Origin: a virus
Strand: one strand, 5' to 3'
IMG/VR virus record: IMGVR_UViG_3300012347_000370
Location: 1-58,850 of that record
DNA length: 58,850 bases
The notes under the pieces were generated by a model. It saw nothing but the letters and a program-made list of their open reading frames with translations. It ran no database searches and was not told where the DNA came from. The translations under genes and the position numbers were made by a program. Below, in pieces: positions 37,276 to 46,460 of the stretch (its first letter is position 1; every line of letters starts with the position of its first letter).

Positions 37276-37683
37276 TCAGGCCGGATAGTACCGGCGGTTC
37301 AGTTCCCAGTGGGGCATGTCCCAACCCCAGTCATAGCCCCAGGTCACCTCGATCTTGAGCTTGTCGGCCTGTTCTTTGGCGATGGGGATAAGCTGTCGGA
37401 AGAGCTCCTTGTTGTAGAGCTCCTCCGTCTCGATCTTGCCGTCGCGGTCGAGGTCGATGTACGGCACCACGTCGATGGCATGGCCGGTGAGGTGCCGCGA
37501 GTTCATGGTCTTGGACGCCTTGATCGCCACGAGATGCTTCTGGCGCTCCAGGGTGCGCAGACCCTCAGTGACGCGAATGGGCCACGGCGCGGCCTGCAAG
37601 ACGGCGTCAGCCAGCCTGCGCAGGTCGGGGTGCACGCCCTTGAGGCGCTCCACGCTCACCTTGTCCCAGTTGCGGGTCATCAC
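37276..37683 (-). CDS. Endolysin, peptidase M15 (L-alanyl-D-glutamate / VanY-type)
   Basis: SRHLTGHAIDVVP and DMPHWE metal-ligand motifs. Confidence 0.8.
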   Translation of the reverse strand: MMTRNWDKVSVERLKGVHPDLRRLADAVLQAAPWPIRVTEGLRTLERQKHLVAIKASKTMNSRHLTGHAIDVVPYIDLDRDGKIETEELYNKELFRQLIPIAKEQADKLKIEVTWGYDWGWDMPHWELNRRYYPA

Positions 37684-37925
37684 TTGTCGGCCTTTCCGTC
37701 CAGCTTGTCGTAGATGCGGGTAAACCCCTCTTTGAGCTCTTGCTTCAGATCTTTCATCGCGTCGGCGAACTCGTCCTTCGCGACGTAGATCTTTGGGAGG
37801 TCGACCTCGATGCGATGAATATCGGCACGGAGTTCCTTCATGGCCATCCAGATCTCCCTAGCAAACCAACCAAGGCCCGACAGACCGATACTGACGATCA
37901 ACTTGAACGCGGTTTCCATGTCCAT
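37680..37925 (-). CDS. Membrane-anchored lysis-cassette protein (81 aa; holin/spanin-like)
   Basis: N-terminal TM segment (FKLIVSIGLSGLGWF), then a coiled coil. ATGA-coupled to the endolysin. Confidence 0.5.
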   Translation of the reverse strand: MDMETAFKLIVSIGLSGLGWFAREIWMAMKELRADIHRIEVDLPKIYVAKDEFADAMKDLKQELKEGFTRIYDKLDGKADK

Positions 37926-37937
37926 GCTCTTCTCCTT

Positions 37938-39341
37938 TTAGCACGCCATGAGAACACACGGCACGCAGTAGGAGCCGTCGTCGTAGACGCAAGAAACGTG
38001 TGTCGAGATGACCTTGGCGACGGTCTTGGAGCGGACGATGTCGTCGCCCTGCGGCTTGGCCGTACCGTCCCCGGCAGACATCAGCAGGTCGCCGCGCTGG
38101 ACCGTCGTCCCGGCGGCGATGCGGATGACCATGTCGCCCGTCATGGCGAGGTAGAAGTCGCCGTGCCCATCCTCGGTGTCGTAGGCAACGAAGACGCCAG
38201 CTACCTGCGGGTCACCGTCGACGTCCGAGACTTTGGTCATGTTGAGCTGTTCGTTGTCCTCGCCAGGCCATGCGACCATGTCGTCGAGGTTCGACATGAC
38301 CGTGCCCTTGAGGAGCGAGCCATCCTCGGAGGAGCGGCGCGACCAGCGAGCCAGGTGGCCGCCGGTCAGCGAGACCGTGGTGCCAGAGACCGTGATGTTG
38401 CCTTCGGTCGCGCCTTGCCCACGGAACGAAACGATTGGGCCATCGGTGCCCATCCGGTTGAACACGGCGCAGACGTTGTCGAGGTTGGCAGCGGAAATGC
38501 CGCCATCGGTGAGCCTGACACCTGCTGCGGTGGCGACGTTCGCCCCGCCGGGATCGCTGTTGGTCGTCCCGAACAAGGAGGTGCCGGGGTGGAAGATGGT
38601 CGACGTCGTCGCGCCGACCGTGATGTTGCCCCCGAGCGCGTTGATGCTCAGGGCGTTGGCCGCGCCGTTGTTGCGAGCCTGGATGTCGTTGATGTCGGCG
38701 ACAAGGTTGGCTGCATCCGTGTCGCCAATCTGGAACGCATGGCCAGTCGAGCTCAGCGAGGCGGCGACGGTGGAGGTCAGTCGCGCGACGGAACCCGTGA
38801 CGCTGCCAGTGGAGGAAATGGCGCCCGTGGTGGCCAGGGTACCCGTGACCTCAACGCCGCCGTTGGCAGTCGTGAGCTTCTCGTTGCCAGCGAAGAAGAG
38901 CTTGTTGGCGCCACCGGGGGCTGCCTGAAGGCACCACTGGTTGTTGCTGTCGTCGTAGACGCCGCCAAAGGTCGCGCTTCCCATGAAAGACCAACGGGTC
39001 GTGCCATTGATGACCTGAACGCCCGAATAGGTCGACGCCCCGAGCTGGTTGACCTCGAGCAGCCCGCTGCGGTCGTCACTGTTCGAGAGCAACATCCCGC
39101 CGACGGTGGCGGTCGTGACCGTGATGTCGGAGGCAAGGTTCAGCGTGCCGCCAAGCAGCGAAAGGTTCGCTCCAGTGGTGATCTCCTCGGCTGCGCCGTT
39201 GCCCGCCGTGGTGCGGCCGACAAGGCGCGACGTTGCCATGGTCAGAGTGTGTTCAGCGTTCCAGTTCGACGGCTGAACCTGGGTGGAATCAGGACCGTCA
39301 GCCTTGGCCGAGGTAAAGGCGTGCTTGAGTGAGATCGTCAT
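37938..39341 (-). CDS. Tail fibre/spike-like structural protein (467 aa)
   Basis: Gly/Thr/Ala-rich beta-type composition and its position after the capsid-proximal genes. Confidence 0.55.
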   Translation of the reverse strand: MTISLKHAFTSAKADGPDSTQVQPSNWNAEHTLTMATSRLVGRTTAGNGAAEEITTGANLSLLGGTLNLASDITVTTATVGGMLLSNSDDRSGLLEVNQLGASTYSGVQVINGTTRWSFMGSATFGGVYDDSNNQWCLQAAPGGANKLFFAGNEKLTTANGGVEVTGTLATTGAISSTGSVTGSVARLTSTVAASLSSTGHAFQIGDTDAANLVADINDIQARNNGAANALSINALGGNITVGATTSTIFHPGTSLFGTTNSDPGGANVATAAGVRLTDGGISAANLDNVCAVFNRMGTDGPIVSFRGQGATEGNITVSGTTVSLTGGHLARWSRRSSEDGSLLKGTVMSNLDDMVAWPGEDNEQLNMTKVSDVDGDPQVAGVFVAYDTEDGHGDFYLAMTGDMVIRIAAGTTVQRGDLLMSAGDGTAKPQGDDIVRSKTVAKVISTHVSCVYDDGSYCVPCVLMAC

Positions 39342-39360
39342 TGTCCTGACCCATCAGATT

Positions 39361-39981
39361 TCAGTGCCGGCCACTCGCGAAACTCTGCGGAAACCGCCAG
39401 TCTTGCGCACGATATACGTTGCCGGTCTTTGCTTCAACTCGGGCTTTGTTTACCCCTTGCTTGAACTTGCGCAGGTGTGCCAGCGCAAGAGTCGGGTTCG
39501 AGTAGGGCTTGGCGATCTGGCTCATCATCCGACCCAGCACGCCGTCGAGGATTTCCGTGCCGTACTTGGTCAGCACCCAGTCGGGGAAGGACGGGTAACC
39601 TTCGCGGGTAACCGGATCGACGACGGTCAGGGCGACACGGGCCGTGTAGGTCTTGGCGACGTCCGGCGAGTAGCCGAGGACCAGCGTCCCCGGGATCGGC
39701 ATCGTGGCGCTGATCGGGCGACCTTGATCATCGCGCACGAACAGCACGCGCGTGATCGTCCCGTCCGTGGGGGCGAGGTCGTAGGTATAGGCGTCGGGGT
39801 CGGCGTAGTATTCGCTGTCGGTCGGCAGAGCCGTGAACTCGATGTCTTCGTACCAGCAGTTCGAGCTTCCGAAGAACTCGCGGAGCGTGGAGAACAGCTC
39901 CATCTGGATGGCGGCATCGAGAGCGCCCGGCAGCCTGATCCGGGCATGGTCCATCAGCCGGTTCATGTCTGCGTTGGCCAT
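39361..39981 (-). CDS. Virion structural protein (206 aa; connector/adaptor candidate)
   Basis: Position between the capsid and tail genes. Confidence 0.5.
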   Translation of the reverse strand: MANADMNRLMDHARIRLPGALDAAIQMELFSTLREFFGSSNCWYEDIEFTALPTDSEYYADPDAYTYDLAPTDGTITRVLFVRDDQGRPISATMPIPGTLVLGYSPDVAKTYTARVALTVVDPVTREGYPSFPDWVLTKYGTEILDGVLGRMMSQIAKPYSNPTLALAHLRKFKQGVNKARVEAKTGNVYRAQDWRFPQSFASGRH

Positions 39982-39988
39982 GGTACCC

Positions 39989-40342
39989 TCAAGCCTGGAT
40001 GGTGAGCATCTGCGCCACGAACTTGTTCATGAACGCGGAGGCGCGATTGTCCTGATTCATCTCGTCGTCGCGGAGCTGTGCGTGCCCGCAGACGTAATAG
40101 AGAAACGCCAGCCGATACTGAGGATCGACCGGCACGGCAGCCGTCAGATTGGTGGTGCTGAAGTCGGGCAGCGCGGTGCGGAAGTAGTTCTTGAGGAGCT
40201 CGGGCCGCAGGCGGCGTGCTTCCAGGAACGCAAAATTCAGCGCCTCGACCAGATCAAGGGTCGGATAGCGGTAGGGTTCCACCTCGTCGAGCAGCAGAAC
40301 TCGAGCCCGGTCGATGTAATCTTGAACGGTGTCGAGTGCCAT
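39989..40342 (-). CDS. Virion structural protein (117 aa)
   Basis: Preceded on the - strand by CTTACCTCGCGAGGTAACA-ATG. Confidence 0.55.
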   Translation of the reverse strand: MALDTVQDYIDRARVLLLDEVEPYRYPTLDLVEALNFAFLEARRLRPELLKNYFRTALPDFSTTNLTAAVPVDPQYRLAFLYYVCGHAQLRDDEMNQDNRASAFMNKFVAQMLTIQA

Positions 40343-40362
40343 TGTTACCTCGCGAGGTAAGG

Positions 40363-40386
40363 GAGGGGGGCCGTGAAGCCCCCCTC
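40363..40386 (-). terminator. 9-bp GC hairpin just downstream of the capsid gene (attenuator-type, no T-run)
   Basis: GAGGGGGGC-cgtgaa-GCCCCCCTC. Confidence 0.4.
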
Positions 40387-40393
40387 GAAGTCA

Positions 40394-41395
40394 TTAGGCG
40401 CGGGTGAGGATGGCCTGGGCCAGAGCCGAGCCGTCGATGACCTGGTAGCCGTAGACCTGGAGGCCGCGCAGGATGGTCCCGAAGGTCATCTCCGAGCGCA
40501 GCGTCTCAACCTTGCTGACCTGCGAGGCGAAGGTCAGGCCATGGGCGTGACCGGCGTAGACCGCAAACTCGCCAGCAGCCAGACCACCGGCGACACCGGC
40601 GGGCAGCAGGTTGGACGAGTAGACCGTGAAGCGGTCGATCATGCCGATGCGGCCGTTGCGCAGCGGGGTCACGGAGTCACCGGTCAGGTACGCCTGACGC
40701 AGGTCCGAGAACTTGAGCTGTGCGATGGCCCACACGGGCAACACGATCCAGCGGCCTTCCTCGGGGATGTTCTGCTCGTCCAGGGCCTGGCCCAGACGCA
40801 GGATCACATCGAGGATCTCGACCTGACCCGAGGTCGGATTGCGGGAGACGGTCGCCAGCGGCGAGGTCGTGGCGCCCAGGTTGATCGACGAGGTGATCTT
40901 GCCTGCGGTGGTGCCACGGTTCTTGACGTCCATGCCGCCCAGGATGCCGCCGAGCACGTCGGTGTCGACCTGGATCTTGAGCTGCTGGGCAGCGTCATCC
41001 GACCACATCGACAGAGCGTTCAGGTCGGACTGGATGTCCATGACGTCGTCGAGGATGGTGTTGAAGTACTTGCCGTTGCCGATGTACAGCGTGACGTCGT
41101 TGCCTTCCGGACGCTCGAGCTGGAGCGAACCGTCAGCGCGGTAATCACGGATGGTGATCGTCGGCTTGGTGCGGATGCGGACGCGGTCACCCTGGTTCTT
41201 GATCTCACCTTCGTAGTCGGTGTTCGAGATCGCAGCCAGAACGGTCGAGGAGTAGAACTTCTCGACGAGCTTGCCCGACCAGATTTCCGGAATGAAACCA
41301 TTGGTCTGGAAAGCGTTACCGGTCGAACCGGCCGGGTAGATCGCGGGAGTGGTGCCGGAGCCGGCAACCGGGAAGCTCGAAGTGGGGATAGCCAT
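40394..41395 (-). CDS. Major capsid protein
   Basis: 333 aa, directly after the scaffold-like gene, followed by a strong hairpin, with typical coat composition. Confidence 0.7.
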   Translation of the reverse strand: MAIPTSSFPVAGSGTTPAIYPAGSTGNAFQTNGFIPEIWSGKLVEKFYSSTVLAAISNTDYEGEIKNQGDRVRIRTKPTITIRDYRADGSLQLERPEGNDVTLYIGNGKYFNTILDDVMDIQSDLNALSMWSDDAAQQLKIQVDTDVLGGILGGMDVKNRGTTAGKITSSINLGATTSPLATVSRNPTSGQVEILDVILRLGQALDEQNIPEEGRWIVLPVWAIAQLKFSDLRQAYLTGDSVTPLRNGRIGMIDRFTVYSSNLLPAGVAGGLAAGEFAVYAGHAHGLTFASQVSKVETLRSEMTFGTILRGLQVYGYQVIDGSALAQAILTRA

Positions 41396-41421
41396 CTTGT
41401 GGATTCCTCAGAAGATGTTTG

Positions 41422-42465
41422 TCAACGGATGCGCCCCTCACGCTGAGCCGAGAAGATCTCGGCTTCGGCTTTGTTCTTGTCGGCGTCACGGCCCCGGAAC
41501 TTTCCGGCGGCGACATCCGCGTAGAACGCAGCGATTTGAGCGCGTGTGAAGAAGGGCTTCTCGGCGGGGGCAGTCGACGCAGCCGCCGTCTTGGCTCTGC
41601 CGGGTGCCGCGAGATTCTGGAGCGGGACTTTCGGCACCGTGACGGTCCCGACTTCCGGCTCCGCTTTCGCGGGTGCCACAGCAGCCTCTTCAGCGAGGAA
41701 GCCGTTGAAGAAAGCCAGCACGCGGTGAGCATCGCCCTGCGCATACGCAGCCTTCAGCATGTCATGACGAATAGCACCAGAATACGGATCAGGCAAGCTC
41801 AACCAATCGAGAAACTGCTGATCGGTATTCATCTGGCGCCAATTCGGCAACTTTTCGTCAAGAGAGCCCAAGAGCTTCTTCTGCGCGTCCTGCTTGAACA
41901 CGCCGGAAACACCTTCGAGCTGCTTCTTGAGCCGGTCGATCTCGGCCTTGTAGCCGTTGATGACCGGTGCGAGTTCTTCCCGCGCCTTCTTGCCGACGAC
42001 CTTCAGGAAGTCCTCGCCGTAGTCGTTGGCCTCCTCGGGGGTGATCAGCTTCTCGGCGGCGAGCTCAGGCGTCTCGCCAGCGGCGGGGGCTGCAACCTGC
42101 ATGGTTGCGATGATGTTCTGGAGGTTCTGGATGGTGTCCGCCTGCTGGCGGATGGTCTCCTGCGCGCGGACGTAGCGCCCGTGCACGGACTTGTATTTGT
42201 GCTCCCACGACTCCTCGCCATCGGCGGGCTGGGTCTGGGTCGGCTGGTCGTTGGTGACAGCCGGAGCCTGCTGATTGTCATCAACGGGGCTTGCCGCCAG
42301 CGCGCTGGCATCGAGCTCGGGGTTACCTTCCGGGGTAACGTCCTGCGGCGCTTCGGCGGGCTGATCCCGGAGCGTGTTGAAAAGCTCGTCGGCCTTCGCG
42401 ACAGCGGCGAGGACGCCCTTCGGCATCTTGACGCTCTCGTCGATCTTCAGGGTGGGTTCGGTCAT
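41422..42465 (-). CDS. Scaffolding-like protein (347 aa)
   Basis: Internal ATG (MTEPTLKIDES..) overlaps the upstream stop as ATGA. It is acidic and helical, and lies between portal and capsid. Confidence 0.55.
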   Translation of the reverse strand: MTEPTLKIDESVKMPKGVLAAVAKADELFNTLRDQPAEAPQDVTPEGNPELDASALAASPVDDNQQAPAVTNDQPTQTQPADGEESWEHKYKSVHGRYVRAQETIRQQADTIQNLQNIIATMQVAAPAAGETPELAAEKLITPEEANDYGEDFLKVVGKKAREELAPVINGYKAEIDRLKKQLEGVSGVFKQDAQKKLLGSLDEKLPNWRQMNTDQQFLDWLSLPDPYSGAIRHDMLKAAYAQGDAHRVLAFFNGFLAEEAAVAPAKAEPEVGTVTVPKVPLQNLAAPGRAKTAAASTAPAEKPFFTRAQIAAFYADVAAGKFRGRDADKNKAEAEIFSAQREGRIR

Positions 42466-42704
42466 TTGCGTTTGCTTTCGATCTTGTCCGCGCTCGACAG
42501 GCACTCCGCCATGAGGCCGTAGAGGCGCGCAGTTGCCTGGGCGCGTCCTTGGGCTCGGGGCAGTTCCTCGAGGGGGGACTGGATGCAGTTTTGAATGGAG
42601 TGGCTGGAATAAGCCTGGAGCGCCCCGAGGAACTGGTTCCATGCGTCCGGGGCGAGCCGTGCGAGCCGTGCGGCTGCGAGGGTGAGGTCGGATTCTGTGC
42701 TCAC
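42462..42704 (-). CDS. Hypothetical head-module protein (80 aa)
   Basis: Overlap-coupled on both sides. Confidence 0.55.
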   Translation of the reverse strand: MSTESDLTLAAARLARLAPDAWNQFLGALQAYSSHSIQNCIQSPLEELPRAQGRAQATARLYGLMAECLSSADKIESKRK

Positions 42705-42919
42705 ATCCGCCCCATAGCGAAGATGGTAAGTCCAATCTGGCCTTCGCCGGAGGCGTCAGCCGGGGACATCTTCGCGTAGTCATTCATGCTGCGCCGGAAG
42801 GGCTCGCCCTTCGTAATCGACGCCCGCGAGTAGCGCGTCGGCAGCATCTCGGTAGCGATCTGCTTCGCGGGCTTTGTCCCCCGCGAAGCGATCTTCTGTG
42901 TCTTGGTCTGCTTCGGCAT
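42701..42919 (-). CDS. Small basic head-module protein (72 aa)
   Basis: MPKQTKTQKIASRGTKPAKQ...; coupled starts and stops. Confidence 0.55.
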   Translation of the reverse strand: MPKQTKTQKIASRGTKPAKQIATEMLPTRYSRASITKGEPFRRSMNDYAKMSPADASGEGQIGLTIFAMGRM

Positions 42920-43125
42920 CAGCAGGACTTGGCGGGCTTGGAGCCCGAGAAACCGGCCATCTTCTTGCCGCCGCCCTTGACCGAGAACGAGTTCCCGCCA
43001 GCGCGACCGCCGACCGACATCTTGCCAGCCTCGACCGGGGCAGCGCCCGACTGACCGGCCATCTTGCCCGAGCCGCCCTTGGCGTAACCGGCCGACTTCG
43101 ACGACGTCTGCTTGTTCTTCATCAT
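42919..43125 (-). CDS. Small Gly/Lys-rich basic protein (68 aa)
   Basis: Internal start MMKNKQTSSKSAGYAKGGSGKMAG... follows GAGGTCTACACC. Confidence 0.5.
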   Translation of the reverse strand: MMKNKQTSSKSAGYAKGGSGKMAGQSGAAPVEAGKMSVGGRAGGNSFSVKGGGKKMAGFSGSKPAKSC

Positions 43126-43154
43126 GGTGTAGACCTCACGTCTGAGATTGCGGC

Positions 43155-43358
43155 CTACGTCAGGCCAGGGATGTTCACGAGTTTGCGCCCCTTGCGGGAC
43201 TTTCCCTCTGCCTTGGGCAGGGAACCGGTGACCCCCTCGAGAGCTTTCTTCATCTCGCGCGAGGGCGTGTAGGGCTTGGGCTCGCCGGGCTTCTTGCGAG
43301 GCTTTTTGAGCCCCTTGTTCATGCCCGGACCGCGCTTCTGACGGACGACTGGTGTCAT
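43155..43358 (-). CDS. Small Lys/Pro-rich basic protein (67 aa)
   Basis: MTPVVRQKRGPGMNKGLKKPRKKPGEPKPY...; ATGA overlap with the portal stop. Confidence 0.5.
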   Translation of the reverse strand: MTPVVRQKRGPGMNKGLKKPRKKPGEPKPYTPSREMKKALEGVTGSLPKAEGKSRKGRKLVNIPGLT

Positions 43359-45439
43359 CACTGACCTCCCGACAAATTCGTGCGCGGACCCATGTCGCCG
43401 CTTGCGCCGGTGCCCGCCTGTCCGCCCTGAGCGTCGGCTGCTGCACCCATGCCGCCGTGGCCGGGAACGCCCTGTGCGAGGGCCATGGCCTGGGCCTGCT
43501 TCTGCATCCCGTCGAGCTGCTCCTCGGTCGGAACGATCTCTTCGCCGGGCATCCCGATGGTCGTCGCCACGTTGCGCAGGATCGCCGCGCGCCCCTTGGG
43601 TCCGACGATCTGGGCGTCGATGGGGTTGGCCGTGATCTGGAGGAACTCGAGCTGGCGAGCGCGCTGGGTCTCTTTCTGGACCGCCACCGACACGCCCAAG
43701 ACCCTGACCTTCTCGTCCCCGTTCAGGAGGCCGATCTGGTCGGTCAGCATGACCATGTCGAACAGGCTGGAGAGCAGCGGCTCCAGCACGTCGCGGTCGA
43801 TGTTTGCGGCCACGGTCTGGAGAATCTTCGAGGCGTTGCCCATGAGCATGGCGAGGCCCGAGGCTGTGCGCCCCGCGCCGCCGACTGCGCCCGCGCCCGA
43901 GAGGTACTTCGGAATGGCCGAGAGCTCGTCCGCCATGTTGACGAACTGCTGGTAGACCCCGAGGAGCTCTTGCGCGTTGGAGTTCGGCTGGAAGAAGCTG
44001 ACCGGCGGAGCGCCGTTGTTCCCCATGGGATCGGTGACCACATGCCACCGCTTCCACGGATAGAGCTCGTCGCCGTCCTCGTTGTCACCGAGGCGGTCGT
44101 CGTTGACGATGACCTGCGGGCCGGAGGCGATGGACAGGTTGTTGACCAGAGCGCGCAGCGTGGCGTTCCCGGCTTCCTGGATGTCGTTCAGGATGTCCGG
44201 CAGGCCGTTGCCCACCGGGGTGCCCGGCACCTTCTCGAAGCTCGTGATGAAATAGGGATGGCGCTTGCGCGGGCTCGGCGCGAGCTGGACCTTGATGACG
44301 TAGCGACCCACCAGCCACGCCTGCACGAAGTAGTCGCGCACCGGGTCTGGGATGAGCTTCTCGTCCATGCCGTACTCGATCAGCATCGAGCCCTGGACGT
44401 TGCCGGTATACTCGAGGCAGGTGATCAGCCCCGAGTCGTTCATCTGCGGATTTTCGCGGCTCTCCTGCTCGGCGCGCTCGGCGTCCGTCTCGTCGATGTC
44501 GCCGACAAGGCCACCCTGCCCGAAGAGAGTCAGGATTTCGCGGATGGCGTCGTGGTTGTAGCCCGGCAGGTCGAGAAGGTCGTTGAGGTCCGCGCGGGTC
44601 AGGCGCGTGCGCTCGATGACGGCAGCGTCCTCGATGTCGGAGACGCCCGGCGTCCACCAGACGTCGAAGGGCGACACGCGCGTCCAGGTGAGCTTCGGCA
44701 CCTGCTTGATGGTGGCCTGGTTACCTTCCCAGGTAACGACCGGCAGGATGCGGACGACCGGACCCTTGATGCAGGCGAAGGGAAACAGCGGCAGGTCGGT
44801 GATGAACTCGGCGAGCGCCTTGTAGAAGCCGCCCTCTTTCAGGATCTCGTCCAGCTTGTCTTCGGCGACGCGGGCACCCTGCTCGGCACGCTTCTTCGAC
44901 GCCTGCCTTGCGTTCTCCACAAGCTGCATCGTGCGGTCGCGGATGGTGTCGATGTCGGCGTCCTGACCCATCGCAGCCATTGACTGGATTTCGGCCTGCA
45001 CGAGCTGGTTGATCGAGTCGAGGATCGACTGCGGAATCTTCGGATCGTCCGAGGCGTCAAGACCCCAAGGACGATCCGGTGACAGGTACACGTCGCGGAG
45101 GAGGGACGACGCGCCCCGGCACTTCATGGCGACGATGCGAGCGTAGATCTCGCTGCCGCCGAATTTCTTGATTTCCTGGAGCTTGCCCGCGTCGTACTGG
45201 CCGTTGAAAACGCGCAGCGCGTTCAAGAGGCGGTTCGACCACCCTGCTCCCCCGTCATTCCGATGGCGGCGCCAGGTGTCGTATTCGCGGCGAATGAAGC
45301 CCGCCAAATTCGAGAGATCGGCGCTGGAGCTCTGCGCTGCGGCCTGCGAGGCGGCAAGCTCTTCATCCCGAGCGCGGATAGCCGCGTCGAGTTGTTTTGG
45401 TCCGACAACGCGCAGGACTGCGCCCAGTGCTTCTGCCAT
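43358..45439 (-). CDS. Portal protein
   Basis: 693 aa, first gene of the virion arm, divergent from the terminase genes. Confidence 0.7.
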   Translation of the reverse strand: MAEALGAVLRVVGPKQLDAAIRARDEELAASQAAAQSSSADLSNLAGFIRREYDTWRRHRNDGGAGWSNRLLNALRVFNGQYDAGKLQEIKKFGGSEIYARIVAMKCRGASSLLRDVYLSPDRPWGLDASDDPKIPQSILDSINQLVQAEIQSMAAMGQDADIDTIRDRTMQLVENARQASKKRAEQGARVAEDKLDEILKEGGFYKALAEFITDLPLFPFACIKGPVVRILPVVTWEGNQATIKQVPKLTWTRVSPFDVWWTPGVSDIEDAAVIERTRLTRADLNDLLDLPGYNHDAIREILTLFGQGGLVGDIDETDAERAEQESRENPQMNDSGLITCLEYTGNVQGSMLIEYGMDEKLIPDPVRDYFVQAWLVGRYVIKVQLAPSPRKRHPYFITSFEKVPGTPVGNGLPDILNDIQEAGNATLRALVNNLSIASGPQVIVNDDRLGDNEDGDELYPWKRWHVVTDPMGNNGAPPVSFFQPNSNAQELLGVYQQFVNMADELSAIPKYLSGAGAVGGAGRTASGLAMLMGNASKILQTVAANIDRDVLEPLLSSLFDMVMLTDQIGLLNGDEKVRVLGVSVAVQKETQRARQLEFLQITANPIDAQIVGPKGRAAILRNVATTIGMPGEEIVPTEEQLDGMQKQAQAMALAQGVPGHGGMGAAADAQGGQAGTGASGDMGPRTNLSGGQ

Positions 45440-45526
45440 GAGAAGGTTCCTGCTCTCGACGATCTACCACTAGATACAGTAATAGTGGGGTGTAACGCAA
45501 CTATTCCTCAACAGGAGAGGAGAAGC

Positions 45527-46000
45527 ATGACAGCGATTACTCCGAAACCGCCGAGTTTTCATGATGCGACCCTCCTGAAACTCGCCCGTGAGATCGCGAT
45601 GGACATTCGTCCCATCGAGGCGATTCTCGAAACGCACGGGGTCGCCCAGTCGCGCTGGGACACAATCCAGACGCTTCCGGTGTTCCAGAGCTACCTGCGG
45701 CAGTGCCTTGAGGAATGGAACAGCGCCACGAACACGCAGGAGCGCGTCCGGCTCAAGGCGCTGTCGATGGTCGAGGAGTCGCTGCCCGAGTTCTACGCGC
45801 GGATGCACGACTCCGGCGAGAACCTGACCGCCAAGACCGAGCTCCTGAAGACCATCGCCAAGTTCGCGGGCGTCGGCGGGGCGGTCGAGACGGCCGGTAC
45901 CGGCGAGCGGCTGACCGTGACGATCAACCTCGGCGCGGACCAGCAGCTCAAGATCGAACGCGATGTTACCCCGCAGGTAATCGAAGGAGAGGCGCTGTGA
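45527..46000 (+). CDS. Putative small terminase subunit (157 aa)
   Basis: SD is GGAGAGGAGAAG. It is the first gene of the packaging operon upstream of terL. Confidence 0.45.
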   Translation: MTAITPKPPSFHDATLLKLAREIAMDIRPIEAILETHGVAQSRWDTIQTLPVFQSYLRQCLEEWNSATNTQERVRLKALSMVEESLPEFYARMHDSGENLTAKTELLKTIAKFAGVGGAVETAGTGERLTVTINLGADQQLKIERDVTPQVIEGEAL

Positions 46001-46227
46001 ACGACGACATCACCGATGAGTCCGACGATCTCGACATCATCGCCATCCATTACAAGGACGCGAAAGCCGTCCTGACCTGCGGGTGCCATGTTCCGGTGAC
46101 GCATTGGTTTGATTGGCAGGGCTTCGACTGCGAGGCCAAGGACGCGATAACTTGCGTCTGCGGCGACGAAGAGCACGGCTGGTTCGTGCTCGATCTCAGC
46201 AACTTCGATTATGCGACGGTGCACTGA
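45997..46227 (+). CDS. Cys-rich hypothetical protein (76 aa, GTG start)
   Basis: GTGA overlap; SD is GAAGGAGAGG. Has CGCH...CVCGDEEH. Confidence 0.5.
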   Translation: MNDDITDESDDLDIIAIHYKDAKAVLTCGCHVPVTHWFDWQGFDCEAKDAITCVCGDEEHGWFVLDLSNFDYATVH

Positions 46228-46460
46228 TGACTGACATCATCAAATTCTCCGGCATCTCCAGGCTCGATTTGGACCCCGACCGGGTGCTGACCGAGGCGAT
46301 TGGTCAGATGGATCAGGTGGTGATCTGCGGCTTCGACAAGGAGGGCAACCAGTACTTCGCGTCCTCTGTCGCCGACGGCGGCGCCTCTCTCTGGCACCTT
46401 GAACGCGCGAAGTGGGCGCTCATGAAAACCACGGATGAGCTCGAAAATGGTAGCTATTAA
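46227..46460 (+). CDS. Hypothetical protein (77 aa)
   Basis: ATGA-type overlap; in frame with track ORF 46113..46460. Confidence 0.55.
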   Translation: MTDIIKFSGISRLDLDPDRVLTEAIGQMDQVVICGFDKEGNQYFASSVADGGASLWHLERAKWALMKTTDELENGSY

